Shown piece after piece: positions 20,511 through 29,818 of a DNA stretch of 37,393 bases (within the stretch, counting starts at the first letter, position 1; each line of letters opens with the position of its first letter). The stretch is from Myxococcota bacterium. GTDB lineage: Bacteria; Myxococcota_C; UBA6777. The notes beneath the pieces were generated by a model, which ran no database searches, had not been told where the DNA came from, and saw nothing but the letters and a program-made list of their open reading frames with translations. The stretch lies in the NCBI GenBank assembly GCA_023150835.1, contig JAKLKB010000089.1:1-37393 (forward strand). The letters are read 5' to 3'. Both the position numbers and the translations under genes were made by a program.

Positions 20511-21299
20511 CTAATCCTCCAACCAATCGGCTTCTTCAAGCGACTTTCCCGCCAACAAGCGTCGAGGATTCGTCAACAACAAACGCTCGGCCTCTTGTTC
20601 CCCCACAAGCTTCACCAGCTTAATCAACATCTTGTGCAGATAATCCTTGTGTTCTGGAGCCTTATGAAGATCCGTCGCTGCGATGTGGAACCACCCCTCC
20701 TTCAACATCTGCACCGCCAAGCGTTGAACATACACCCCCGTCTCGCCCACAATCGACGGTAGATCCAACTGCATCCACCACCCCGCCCGAATCCATTCAC
20801 GCGCCATCTCTGGACGCGCCTGCAACGCTTCATACCGTTCTGGATGCGCAAGGATCGGCTTGATCCCCTTCATCTGCAACTGAAACGCCAACTCCTTCAT
20901 CACCCGCAACGTATCGCGAATCGAAAACTCGATCAAAAGATACGCACCTTCCCCACCCACCGGCACATAAGCACCTGTGTCGATCCATTCCATCAAACCG
21001 TCTTGATAATAGATCTCGCACCCCGGCAAGATCCGCAACGGCAAGCTGTGCGCGTCTGCCTGCTCTTGGGCTGCCTGCACCAAGGCCCGAATCACTGGCG
21101 CGGAACTCTCCGTAAACAGCGGATGATGTAAGTGAGACGACACGGACACCGTCGAATATCCCGCAGCCACAAAACTCCGCATCATCTCCAAACTCTCCGC
21201 CCAATCCCCCGCACCATCGTCTATCCCGGGCAATACGTGGTTATGGATATCGATCATCCCTGCCGGAAGTTTCACTTCGCGCGAAAACCAACTCATCAA
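20511..21299 (-). CDS. CpsB/CapC family PHP-fold tyrosine-protein phosphatase
   Basis: IDIHNHVLPGIDDGA, PGCEI, YLLIEF, PILAHPERY, ATDLH. Confidence 0.92.
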   Translation of the reverse strand: MMSWFSREVKLPAGMIDIHNHVLPGIDDGAGDWAESLEMMRSFVAAGYSTVSVSSHLHHPLFTESSAPVIRALVQAAQEQADAHSLPLRILPGCEIYYQDGLMEWIDTGAYVPVGGEGAYLLIEFSIRDTLRVMKELAFQLQMKGIKPILAHPERYEALQARPEMAREWIRAGWWMQLDLPSIVGETGVYVQRLAVQMLKEGWFHIAATDLHKAPEHKDYLHKMLIKLVKLVGEQEAERLLLTNPRRLLAGKSLEEADWLED

Positions 21300-21337
21300 T
21301 CTCCCATCCCTTCACTCAAAGACAACCAATGGTATAC

Positions 21338-21428
21338 TGCGCACATCGCCCGTCCATCGACATCTTCATCTCTTTTCAGCCGATGGATCGTTGCGCACAT
21401 CGCCGCTCAATCGGCATCTTCATCTCTT
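21338..21428. repeat. Imperfect 37-bp direct repeat duplicating a gene 3' end
   Basis: TGCGCACATCGCC...ATCG(A/G)CATCTTCATCTCTT at 21338 and 21392. Confidence 0.8.
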
Positions 21429-23287
21429 AGGTCTGCGATATCACGCCGTTGGATCTTCATCCGCTGTTTCAGCGCCTTCAACTCGCCCTCGATATCTGCC
21501 TCGCGAAACTTGGACTCCATCGCCTCCATGTCAAGAGCCTGCGCCTTTTCACCCCCTCGCCACAAAGCCCTCTCATCCGAAGATTCTTTCACCCCCACCT
21601 CCCCGCGCTGTACTTGCCCTCCACCGATACTCCCTTGCCTCGGCGCGTTTCTTCCCTCAGTCATTTCGCCACGAACTCCTAACCACGATCTTTCCCGACT
21701 ATCCGCAGGTTTCACACGCTCAAGAATCGATATCTTTTCTCGACGCAACCGACGCAATGCCTCTTCGATAGACTCTCTCTCCCGCAAGTATCGCTCTTTC
21801 TGCTCATTCGCTTCATCGTACAAACGCTGATCTCCCATCCCTTGCGCCCGTTCTACTCGATCTCCCCACCGCTCGACCTGCTCCCATAACTGATCAAAAC
21901 GCTCCACCAGCCGCTTTTCTCGTAAGATCAACGCCGCCAAAGCATCCCGCAACCTCTCCATCCCCCTTCCACTCGGATCTCCCGCTGCCTTCTCTTCTCC
22001 AACGATATCTTCGTACCACCTCTCTTCCCCGATATCTTCGTACCAACTCTCTTCCCCAACCCCTTGCGATCTCCCGTCTGTCAACAATCGCCTCGGATCG
22101 GTGATCGCCTCGACTCCCGCAGGCAACGACCGCCGCAGCGAAACAAGCTCCCCTGACAACAGCGCACGATCTCGCTCCTCGATCTTCTCCCGATTCACCG
22201 CCGTTTCCACCAACAACGATACCCAATCCTCACTTGTTCGCGCTGAAAACGCACCGCTTATCCTCCGCCGCATCTCTTCCAATCGACTTCCCTCCGATAC
22301 CTCCGCGATCTGCGCCGCAAGCGCCTGCTCCCGCACCCACAATCCCATTCCCTCCTCACAGAGATATCCACCGTTGTTCCGCTCTTCTCGATTGCTCGCC
22401 TCCCAAAACAACGTCGGTACACCCGCACCCAACGCCCCATACATCCGACACAACGAAGCTCCCATCACACACAGATCCACCGCCGACCACAACCTCTCCC
22501 AAGGCACTCCTCCACCCAACATCTTCGCCCGTAACCCCGCACGCTTCGCCGCTTCACGCAACCGACCCTGCGCCTCTGCTCCCTCTCCACCATACACCAA
22601 CCAACGAAACGACCGCACCAACGACATCTGAAAACACACACCCTCCCAGTCCGATGCACCCGAAAGATCCACCAAACCCCATGCCTCACATACCTCCAAA
22701 CCCAACGCCTCACACGCCTCTTCGCGCCCTATCTTCCGCCCTCCGCAACCCAACGGGACCCCCATCACCCGCACCTTCTCTCGCGCAATCCCACCCTCCA
22801 CCAGCCCATCCTCCACTCCCCCATGCACCACCACATAACGCCCCACACCCGGCTGCAACCACGACCGATGCAACACCAGATCCCCCAACGCCCCCACCAC
22901 CAACCCTCCCCAACGGCCCTCCCGCTTCAACGCCAACAACGGCAACAACACCATCGGATGAAACGCCACCACCACCTCCGAACGATCCACCTCCAAAAAA
23001 GCCTCCAACGCCGAAAAACCATACGCCCCTCGCAATAACGACCACGGCCCCTCTCCCGCCCACAACGCTCCCTTCTCATACAACGCCACTCCCCACCCCG
23101 GCAAACTATCCAACACCCGACCCATCCCCCGCTGAAACGCTTGCCCCCAAACCCCCGATACACTGCCCTCCAACTCCCGATACGCCACCTCCCAACCACC
23201 CATCCGCTCGCCCAACGCCTCTCCCCACGCTCGCGCCCAACGCTCCTCCTCTCCTCCACCACGCCAAAACCAAAAACCTACCCGCAT
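21407..23287 (-). CDS. Degenerate MGDG-synthase/UgtP-like (GT28) glycosyltransferase fused to a PspA/IM30-like C-terminal coiled coil
   Basis: N-part 'VVVAFHP...GDLVLHRSWLQPGVGRYVV...GIAREKVRVMGVPL...EERNN' follows the MGDG-synthase pattern. C-part 'VERWGDRVERAQGMGDQRLYDEANEQK...MESKFREADIEGELKALKQRM' follows the PspA pattern. GAGGAG SD before the ATG at 23287. Confidence 0.7.
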   Translation of the reverse strand: MRVGFWFWRGGGEEERWARAWGEALGERMGGWEVAYRELEGSVSGVWGQAFQRGMGRVLDSLPGWGVALYEKGALWAGEGPWSLLRGAYGFSALEAFLEVDRSEVVVAFHPMVLLPLLALKREGRWGGLVVGALGDLVLHRSWLQPGVGRYVVVHGGVEDGLVEGGIAREKVRVMGVPLGCGGRKIGREEACEALGLEVCEAWGLVDLSGASDWEGVCFQMSLVRSFRWLVYGGEGAEAQGRLREAAKRAGLRAKMLGGGVPWERLWSAVDLCVMGASLCRMYGALGAGVPTLFWEASNREERNNGGYLCEEGMGLWVREQALAAQIAEVSEGSRLEEMRRRISGAFSARTSEDWVSLLVETAVNREKIEERDRALLSGELVSLRRSLPAGVEAITDPRRLLTDGRSQGVGEESWYEDIGEERWYEDIVGEEKAAGDPSGRGMERLRDALAALILREKRLVERFDQLWEQVERWGDRVERAQGMGDQRLYDEANEQKERYLRERESIEEALRRLRREKISILERVKPADSRERSWLGVRGEMTEGRNAPRQGSIGGGQVQRGEVGVKESSDERALWRGGEKAQALDMEAMESKFREADIEGELKALKQRMKIQRRDIADLRDEDAD

Positions 23288-23556
23288 CGGCTCCTCCTCT
23301 CTTTTCCAACTCCACTCCCACCGCATCCTAGGCTCCTTACTCCACCTTTGCAAACCTCCACGCTCTGCCTACCATCGGAAAAATCATCAAAAAAGTCTTG
23401 CCATCTACAGCCTTATCGGTTATCTCTTTGACTTGGTTTTTGGCCCATCACTCTATCACTATCTTTTCGTGGGTAACGTCCTTCTTCCTCAACTCTATTT
23501 TTATCTCATCCCAAAGGACACCACCACCCACACCTTCCAAGAAAGGAGACCAAACC

Positions 23557-24081
23557 ATCAGTAAGGAAAAAGAAAAAGAACCCCGCATCAACGCTCGTAT
23601 CCGTGTCAAAGAAGTCCGCCTCATCGGCGCTGACGGCGAGCAGATCGGTATCGTCCCCACCTTGCGCGCTCTTCAAATGGCCGAAGAACAAGGTCTTGAC
23701 CTCGTCGAAGTCGCTGAAACGGCTACCCCCCCCGTTTGCAAGCTCATGGACTTCGGACAATTCAAGTACCAACAAAAGCAAAAAGCCAAAGAAGCCCGCA
23801 AAAACGCCACCCAAGTCCAAATCAAAGAAGTCCAATTGCGGCCCAAAACCGACGACCACGACCTCGACTTCAAAGTCAATCACATCTTCCGCTTTCTCGA
23901 AGAAGGCGACAAAGCCAAACTCACCGTCAAATTCCGTGGCCGCGAGATCGCCCACAAAGATCGCGCTCTCCTCCTCCTCGAAAAAGTCATCGCCGACATC
24001 GGCGACGAAGGTATCGTCGAGTCCCCACCCCGCATGGAAGGGCGCACCATGATCGCTATCATCGCGCCCAAAAAGAAATAA
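23557..24081 (+). CDS. infC: Translation initiation factor IF-3 (ATC start)
   Basis: RINARIRVKEVRLIG, LDLVEVA, PPVCKLMDFG, FRGRE. SD AGGAG at 23544-23548 precedes an in-frame ATC, with no in-frame ATG before the conserved core. Confidence 0.96.
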   Translation: MSKEKEKEPRINARIRVKEVRLIGADGEQIGIVPTLRALQMAEEQGLDLVEVAETATPPVCKLMDFGQFKYQQKQKAKEARKNATQVQIKEVQLRPKTDDHDLDFKVNHIFRFLEEGDKAKLTVKFRGREIAHKDRALLLLEKVIADIGDEGIVESPPRMEGRTMIAIIAPKKK

Positions 24082-24141
24082 ACGCCAACCCCAACGTGCA
24101 ACGCAAGCACAACCCCAAAAATCAAAATCCCAAAAAACTGC

Positions 24142-24170
24142 TTGCATACCGCAACAATGCGTGCTACATA
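24142..24170 (+). promoter_or_regulatory. Possible promoter upstream of rpmI
   Basis: TTGCAT-17 bp-TACATA with TG at the extended -10 position. Confidence 0.35.
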
Positions 24171-24374
24171 CCCTCCCCTCTTGGCTTGCCTTGGGAGGCA
24201 CGCTGCATCACGCATCCCCTCCCTGTACTCATGGAGGCCCTCGGCGGATATCGCTCTCATACATATCCTCCGCATTCAAACCTCCGTGTGATTCTTTTTG
24301 TCACCAACTCCGATTGCTTGGTCCATCCACCTCGCAATCCTTTACGCGCTGTCCCACACGCAGGAGCATTCGCG

Positions 24375-24578
24375 ATGCCCAAGATGAAAACCAACAGCGG
24401 CGCTAAAAAACGCTTCCGCTACACCGCAACCGGCAAGATCCGACGCGCCAAATCCAACCACCGGCACATCTTGACCAAAAAATCACCCAAACGCAAACGA
24501 CGCCTTCGCCAAAGCGATCTCATCGACTCCAGCGATGAGCGCCGTCTCAAGCGCTTGATGCCCTACGGACAAAAATAA
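24375..24578 (+). CDS. rpmI: 50S ribosomal protein L35
   Basis: MPKMKTNSGAKKRF...HRHILTKKSPKRKRRL; AGGAG SD. Confidence 0.97.
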   Translation: MPKMKTNSGAKKRFRYTATGKIRRAKSNHRHILTKKSPKRKRRLRQSDLIDSSDERRLKRLMPYGQK

Positions 24579-24888
24579 TCCAGTCCACATCGGGCCAGAA
24601 CCATCCACCCCAACGGACAGTTCTACTGTTTCTTTCGGGCTGTCCAATACAGCCCATCCCATCGAACGAATCCTCGTTCGATGTACCGAACGCTTCCCAA
24701 ACGGTTCGTGCGGTTTGTTCCACCAAACCACTGACCGCCGACTCAGACGAATCCCTCACTCTCTGTGATCGCGGCAGCTTGCACCAACCCCACCGATCGC
24801 GTTCTTCTTCCCATTACACAACACCAAGTTGCACGGAAGGGTCCATAAAGGCGGATACCGCTCCCTTCCTGCGCGAAGGAGGAAAAAG

Positions 24889-25242
24889 ATGAGGGTTAAA
24901 CGAGGTTTTAAGGCGCGACGTCGCCGCAATCGCAAACTCAAGCTCGTCTCTGGCTTTGTCTCGGGACGCCGACGCATCTATCGTCAGGCCATGGAAACCC
25001 TGCGACGTGCGCTCAATTATGCCTTCCGCGACCGTCGCCAAAATAAACGCGACTTCCGCAAACTTTGGATCGCTCGGATCTCCGCTGCGGCCAAAAACAA
25101 CAACATCTCCTATAGCAAGTTCATCCATGGTCTCAAACAAGCCAACTGCGTCCTCGATCGCAAGATCCTCGCAGATATCGCTGTGCGTGACCCCCAATCC
25201 TTCACCAGCTTGGTTGAACTCGCACGCAAACACCTTGGCTAA
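24889..25242 (+). CDS. rplT: 50S ribosomal protein L20
   Basis: MRVKRG, YAFRDRRQNKRDFRKLWIARISAA, LDRKILADIA; AAGGAGG SD. Confidence 0.97.
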   Translation: MRVKRGFKARRRRNRKLKLVSGFVSGRRRIYRQAMETLRRALNYAFRDRRQNKRDFRKLWIARISAAAKNNNISYSKFIHGLKQANCVLDRKILADIAVRDPQSFTSLVELARKHLG

Positions 25243-25306
25243 CACACCTTTTTGGCTGTGTCCCCCCCTCAACCTCTAACGTAAGCCAAAACGAAAAGAA
25301 CAAGCC

Positions 25307-25597
25307 ATGGAAAAAAAGACGATGACCAAAGCCGATCTCATCGAAGAAGTATACGAGACCGTCGGCTTCTCCAAAAAAGATTCTGCTGAACTTGTGGACC
25401 TCGTGTTCAACACCGTCAAAGAAACCCTTGAACACGGCGACAAACTCAAAGTCTCTGGCTTTGGCAACTTCATCGTGCGTGAGAAAAAATCCCGCATCGG
25501 TCGAAATCCCCAAACTGGCCAAGAGATCGAGATCTCCGCTCGCCGCGTCCTCACTTTCAAACCCAGCCAAGTCCTCAAAAACTCCCTCAACGGCTGA
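25307..25597 (+). CDS. ihfA: Integration host factor subunit alpha
   Basis: MTKADL, KVSGFGNF, GRNPQTG, ISARRVLTFKPSQVLK. Confidence 0.93.
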   Translation: MEKKTMTKADLIEEVYETVGFSKKDSAELVDLVFNTVKETLEHGDKLKVSGFGNFIVREKKSRIGRNPQTGQEIEISARRVLTFKPSQVLKNSLNG

Positions 25598-25787
25598 GCT
25601 TTCCCCTCTTTTTCCACACCCCGCCCACACAAACGCACCCTCTCCCCAAACAATTCTTGCTCCCCCCTCTGTTTTGCGCTATGGATACCGCAATTTCCCC
25701 GATCCACACGCGGCGCGATCCACAAGATCATCCCAAAGAACCCTTACGCGGCCACCGCAACCGCGCAACCTGAAGAAAGCGAGCCCC

Positions 25788-26798
25788 ATGGCTGAGCAAA
25801 CCACTTCCTCCCACAACACCGAGTCCCTTCAACCTACCCTCAACCCACACGCCAAACCGCGCAACCTCGCCGGATACATCGCCGTCAGTATACGTGGCGT
25901 CATCATGGGCATCGCCGATGTCATCCCCGGTGTATCGGGCGGTACGATGGCCCTGATCCTTGGCATCTACGAAGAACTCGTCTCCAGCATCCGTTCCTTC
26001 AACGCCACCGCGATCAAACTGCTCCTGCGCGGACGCTTCCTCGACTTCGCAAAACACGTCAATCTCTTCTTCTTGCTCTTTCTCGTCGGCGGCATCGCAG
26101 CCGCCATCCTCTCCCTCGCCAAACTCATCCCCGCCCTTCTCGACAAACACCCCGCCCCCGTCCACGGGCTTTTCTTTGGCTTGATCCTCGCCAGTATCTT
26201 TCTCGTCTGGCGTCAAATCAAAGAAGTCTCCATCGCCACTATCTCTTTGGCTATCCTCGGGGCCGTCGGAGCCTATTGGCTTGTGGGCTTGATCCCCTTC
26301 TCCACACCCGATTCCTATCCCTTCATCTTCTTCTGCGGATTCATCGCCATCATCGCCATGATCCTCCCCGGCATCAGCGGCTCCTTTGTCTTGCTCTTGC
26401 TCGGAAAATACGCCTTTATCTTGGCCGCGCTCCATCATGTCGCCAAATACCGCTCCTTCGATAGCAACCTCCTCGTCATCCTCGTCTTTATCGCTGGATG
26501 CGTCGTCGGCCTTCTCTCCTTCTCTCACGTCCTACAATGGCTCCTTGATCATTACCACGCCTTTACGATGGCCCTCCTCGCTGGCTTTATGGTCGGTTCC
26601 CTCCGACGTATCTGGCCTTACCAAGATTACGTTCGTAAAACTTTCGGCCAAAAAGAACTGATCGTCGAATATACCAACGTCCTCCCCAGATCTTGGGGCA
26701 GCGAACAGATCCTCGCCATCGTCCTCCTGTTTGTTGGTATCCTTATCATCTTCACCATGGATATGCTCGTTCAACAAAAAGACAAAACCGCTACATAA
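25788..26798 (+). CDS. DUF368 family membrane protein (undecaprenyl-phosphate translocase family)
   Basis: Duplicated signature ADVIPGVSGGTMALILGIYE / AMILPGISGSFVLLLLGKY, GFMVGSLRRIWP. Confidence 0.92.
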   Translation: MAEQTTSSHNTESLQPTLNPHAKPRNLAGYIAVSIRGVIMGIADVIPGVSGGTMALILGIYEELVSSIRSFNATAIKLLLRGRFLDFAKHVNLFFLLFLVGGIAAAILSLAKLIPALLDKHPAPVHGLFFGLILASIFLVWRQIKEVSIATISLAILGAVGAYWLVGLIPFSTPDSYPFIFFCGFIAIIAMILPGISGSFVLLLLGKYAFILAALHHVAKYRSFDSNLLVILVFIAGCVVGLLSFSHVLQWLLDHYHAFTMALLAGFMVGSLRRIWPYQDYVRKTFGQKELIVEYTNVLPRSWGSEQILAIVLLFVGILIIFTMDMLVQQKDKTAT

Positions 26799-26877
26799 CC
26801 CCATAACCCCGCACCCTCAGCTTTTTATCAAAAACCGCTACAGCTTCCACCAACCTTTGCCATCACGGAGCTTTCCC

Positions 26878-27393
26878 ATGTCCATCATCCTCGACAACAT
26901 CCGCGATATCCCTGACTTTCCCAAACCCGGGATCTTGTTCAAAGATATCACTCCACTACTCGCAAATCCCGATGCCTTCGGCCATGTCATCGAACTTCTC
27001 ACCGCACATTACAAAAACATGCAGATCAGCAAAGTCATCGGCGTCGAATCCCGTGGCTTTATCTTTGGCGCTCCTCTCGCCTACAGCCTCGGTGTCGGCT
27101 TTGTCCCTGTCCGCAAACCCGGCAAACTACCCCACAAAACCCTCAAAGAAAGCTACGAACTCGAATACGGCTTCGACACCATCGAGATCCACGCCGAAGA
27201 TATCCAACCCAACGAACGCGTCCTCGTCATCGACGACCTCCTCGCAACAGGCGGTACTGCCGCCGCTGTCGGACGCCTCCTCGAAAAACTTCAAGCCCAC
27301 GTCGTTAGCTTCGCCTTCCTGATCGAACTCTCTTTCCTCAATGGCCGCCAAAAACTCGCTGGACACGAGATCTTTAGCATCGTCCAATACTAA
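26878..27393 (+). CDS. apt: Adenine phosphoribosyltransferase
   Basis: IPDFPKPGILFKDITPLL, ESRGF, VRKPGKLP, VIDDLLATGGT. Confidence 0.97.
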   Translation: MSIILDNIRDIPDFPKPGILFKDITPLLANPDAFGHVIELLTAHYKNMQISKVIGVESRGFIFGAPLAYSLGVGFVPVRKPGKLPHKTLKESYELEYGFDTIEIHAEDIQPNERVLVIDDLLATGGTAAAVGRLLEKLQAHVVSFAFLIELSFLNGRQKLAGHEIFSIVQY

Positions 27394-27549
27394 TCCACAC
27401 CTGCTTTCCACTTCCGCTCCTCCCCGACCCTGCCTTCTCTCCACGTCACAACACAAACGCCCCTCTTGCCTTGCACAACGAATCATCCCAAGATACCGAT
27501 ACTTCCATCTCCACAGATGGCTGCCCCCTTACTGCAAAGGCCGACACCG

Positions 27550-29759
27550 ATGGACCTACACCGCAAACAACGATCCCTCCCAACACCTCGACCTTTTTTC
27601 ACACTCGCCGCGATCTGGCTTGCGCTCGCTGCCATGCTTGTTTTCCCCCATGCTTGCGTTGTCTCCAGTCCTTCCGTCGCCTGCCTCCCTTGCCCTTGCG
27701 CAAACGGCCTCACCCGCGCAAACGGCCTTTGTGTCCCCCCCGAACAACAAACCAACCCGCTCTCCTTTTGCTTTGCCGACGGCCAAACCTCGGACGGACT
27801 CCTCACAGAACCCCTCCATCAAGAAACCACACCCAAAGATGCCGCCACACCCGAAGAGATCACTCCCTCCGAAGATGCCGCCACACCCGAAGAGATCACT
27901 CTCTCCGAAGAGGCCACCACACCCGAAGAATCCACCCTGATCGAACCCAGCCCCGAAGAGGCCACCACCGAACCCAACCCAGAGATCTCCCCAGATACCC
28001 GTTGCACCGATGATACAGACTGCCCCACAGGCTCGATCTGCCTCACCGAAAAAGGCGAATGCGCCCCAAGCGAATGCACCCCAACTCGCCCATGCAACGG
28101 CTTTCTCGCCTGCATCAACGGACGCTGCCAAGCCTGCCAAGTCGACGATCAATGCAAACCTCGTGGCACAGGGTATTTCTGCCTCGATGGGATCTGCATC
28201 CGCAAAGCAGTCCTCACCAACAACGTCTATGCGTGGAGCGACGGAACCTACGCCTCCGATTGTATGCAGTATCGCTACCCCACCCTCGGCTTTGAACCCG
28301 CCTCACAAGACGGCGTCTACCGCATCCAACCTCCCGGTGAATCCCCCTTCCTCACCCACTGCATGATGCGCTACGCAGGTGGCGGATGGACCTTAACTTT
28401 ACGCATCGACGGCCAAAAACAAAACTTCTCCTACAGCGAACCCCTCTGGACCAACCGCAACTCCACCGCCAACATCGCCTCCCCCGACGCCCTCGCCAAA
28501 GAAGAAGTCAAACCACCCAGCTATTGGAGCCTCCCCTTCCAGCAAATCCTCCTCCACAACGCTTCCTCCCCCAAAAGCACCCCCTTGATCCTCAACGCTA
28601 CCGCCGCCTCAACCCTCGCTTNNNNNNNNNNNNNNNNNNNNNNNNNCCCAACAACACAGAACTCCCTACATCCCCCACTTCCACCCCCCCCCAACCTCCC
28701 CGCAGCGCTTGGCGCGCCTTCTTCCCCAAATCTTCCCTCCAAAAGTACTGCAACCAGATCTTCGTCAACTTCTCCGCCACCGACCTCAACGCCTCTTTCG
28801 TCAACCTCCGCCTCGGCTTTGTCACCGATGGCGACTCCACTTGCAAAACACCCAACGGCTTTATCGGCATCGGGGGCCGAAGCCGCTTGCTCCCCTCGAT
28901 CTCTGCCGGAAACCTCTGCACCAACTCCAGCTCTTGCGAAACCAACGACACCACCAAACCCGCCTTGATCGGCCTCTATATCCGCGATCTCCCTCCCATC
29001 AAATCCACCCTCAAGCGCGTCCTCGGTGTCCTTCAGCCCTCCACAGGCCCCATCCCACGCTCCTGCCTCGCTTATCGTATGCCCCCACACAACCACACCA
29101 ACAACGACAACTATTGGATACAGCCCGCCAACTCCCCACTCCCCATGATCACCTTCTGCGAAATGACCCGACACGGCGGCGGATGGACCGCACTCCTCAA
29201 AACCAACAACACCGCCCAATTCGCTTATGACTCCGCCCTCTGGACCAACACCGCCACCCTCAACGAAAGCCCCACCGTCAACCCCGTATTCACCGACGCC
29301 TACAAACTCAACACCTTCCACTCCTTTCCCATCGAAGAACTTCTCGTCAGCCTACACAACACCAACTCCTCTGCACTCTACGTCAACTACTTCTCCTTCC
29401 TGTTTTCGGCCTCTTCCATGCTCAACGCCATCCAAATCCCCCGCCGCTTCGACAACGAAGACCCCAGACCTTGGCGCGACCTCCTCCCCGATACCAACCT
29501 CCACTCAGGATGCACCCAGATCGGCACCACCCTCACACCCGCCGCCAACAACAACTACGCTCATCTCCGCCTCGGCTTAATCGCCGCCCCCGATCAACCT
29601 CTCCTTTGCACCATCGCCAGTTCCTACATCGGTCTCGGAGCCAAGCTCTCCGCTTGCAACGTCAACAACGCCCCATCCACCGGCCATGCCATCGGTTGCA
29701 TTACGACCGGTGCCGCACCCCAAATCACCCCCGCCACCGGCTACCTCTTCGCCCGATAA
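27550..29759 (+). CDS. Putative lipoprotein with acidic linker, Cys-rich repeats and two fibrinogen-like domains (spans the assembly gap)
   Basis: Hydrophobic leader ending PHAC; Cys-rich modules; 'DGVYRIQP...THCMMRYAGGGWTL' before the gap and 'YWIQP...TFCEMTRHGGGWTAL' after it. The frame changes only across the N run. Confidence 0.75.
27838..27930. repeat. 36-bp tandem repeat (about 2.5 copies) encoding an acidic linker
   Basis: DAATPEEITPSE-DAATPEEITLSE-EATTPEE. Confidence 0.85.
28622..28646. other. Assembly gap (25 N)
   Basis: Run of N in the sequence. Confidence 1.
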
Positions 29760-29818
29760 TCCGCCAACACCACTATACCAAATACCTCCCCACGATCACA
29801 TAACGGGCAGATTTCGTA

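Noticed and set aside
22234-23331. 365-aa Pro/Thr-rich + strand ORF
   Set aside because: Antisense shadow of the G-rich minus-strand GT gene; stops are rare because of the C skew.
23398-23556. N-terminal extension of IF3 from the TTG at 23398
   Set aside because: No SD or IF3 similarity; the SD-ATC at 23557 fits known infC behaviour.
28600-28700. Programmed frameshift or pseudogene in the fibrinogen-domain gene
   Set aside because: The frame change coincides with the N gap, whose length is only an estimate.
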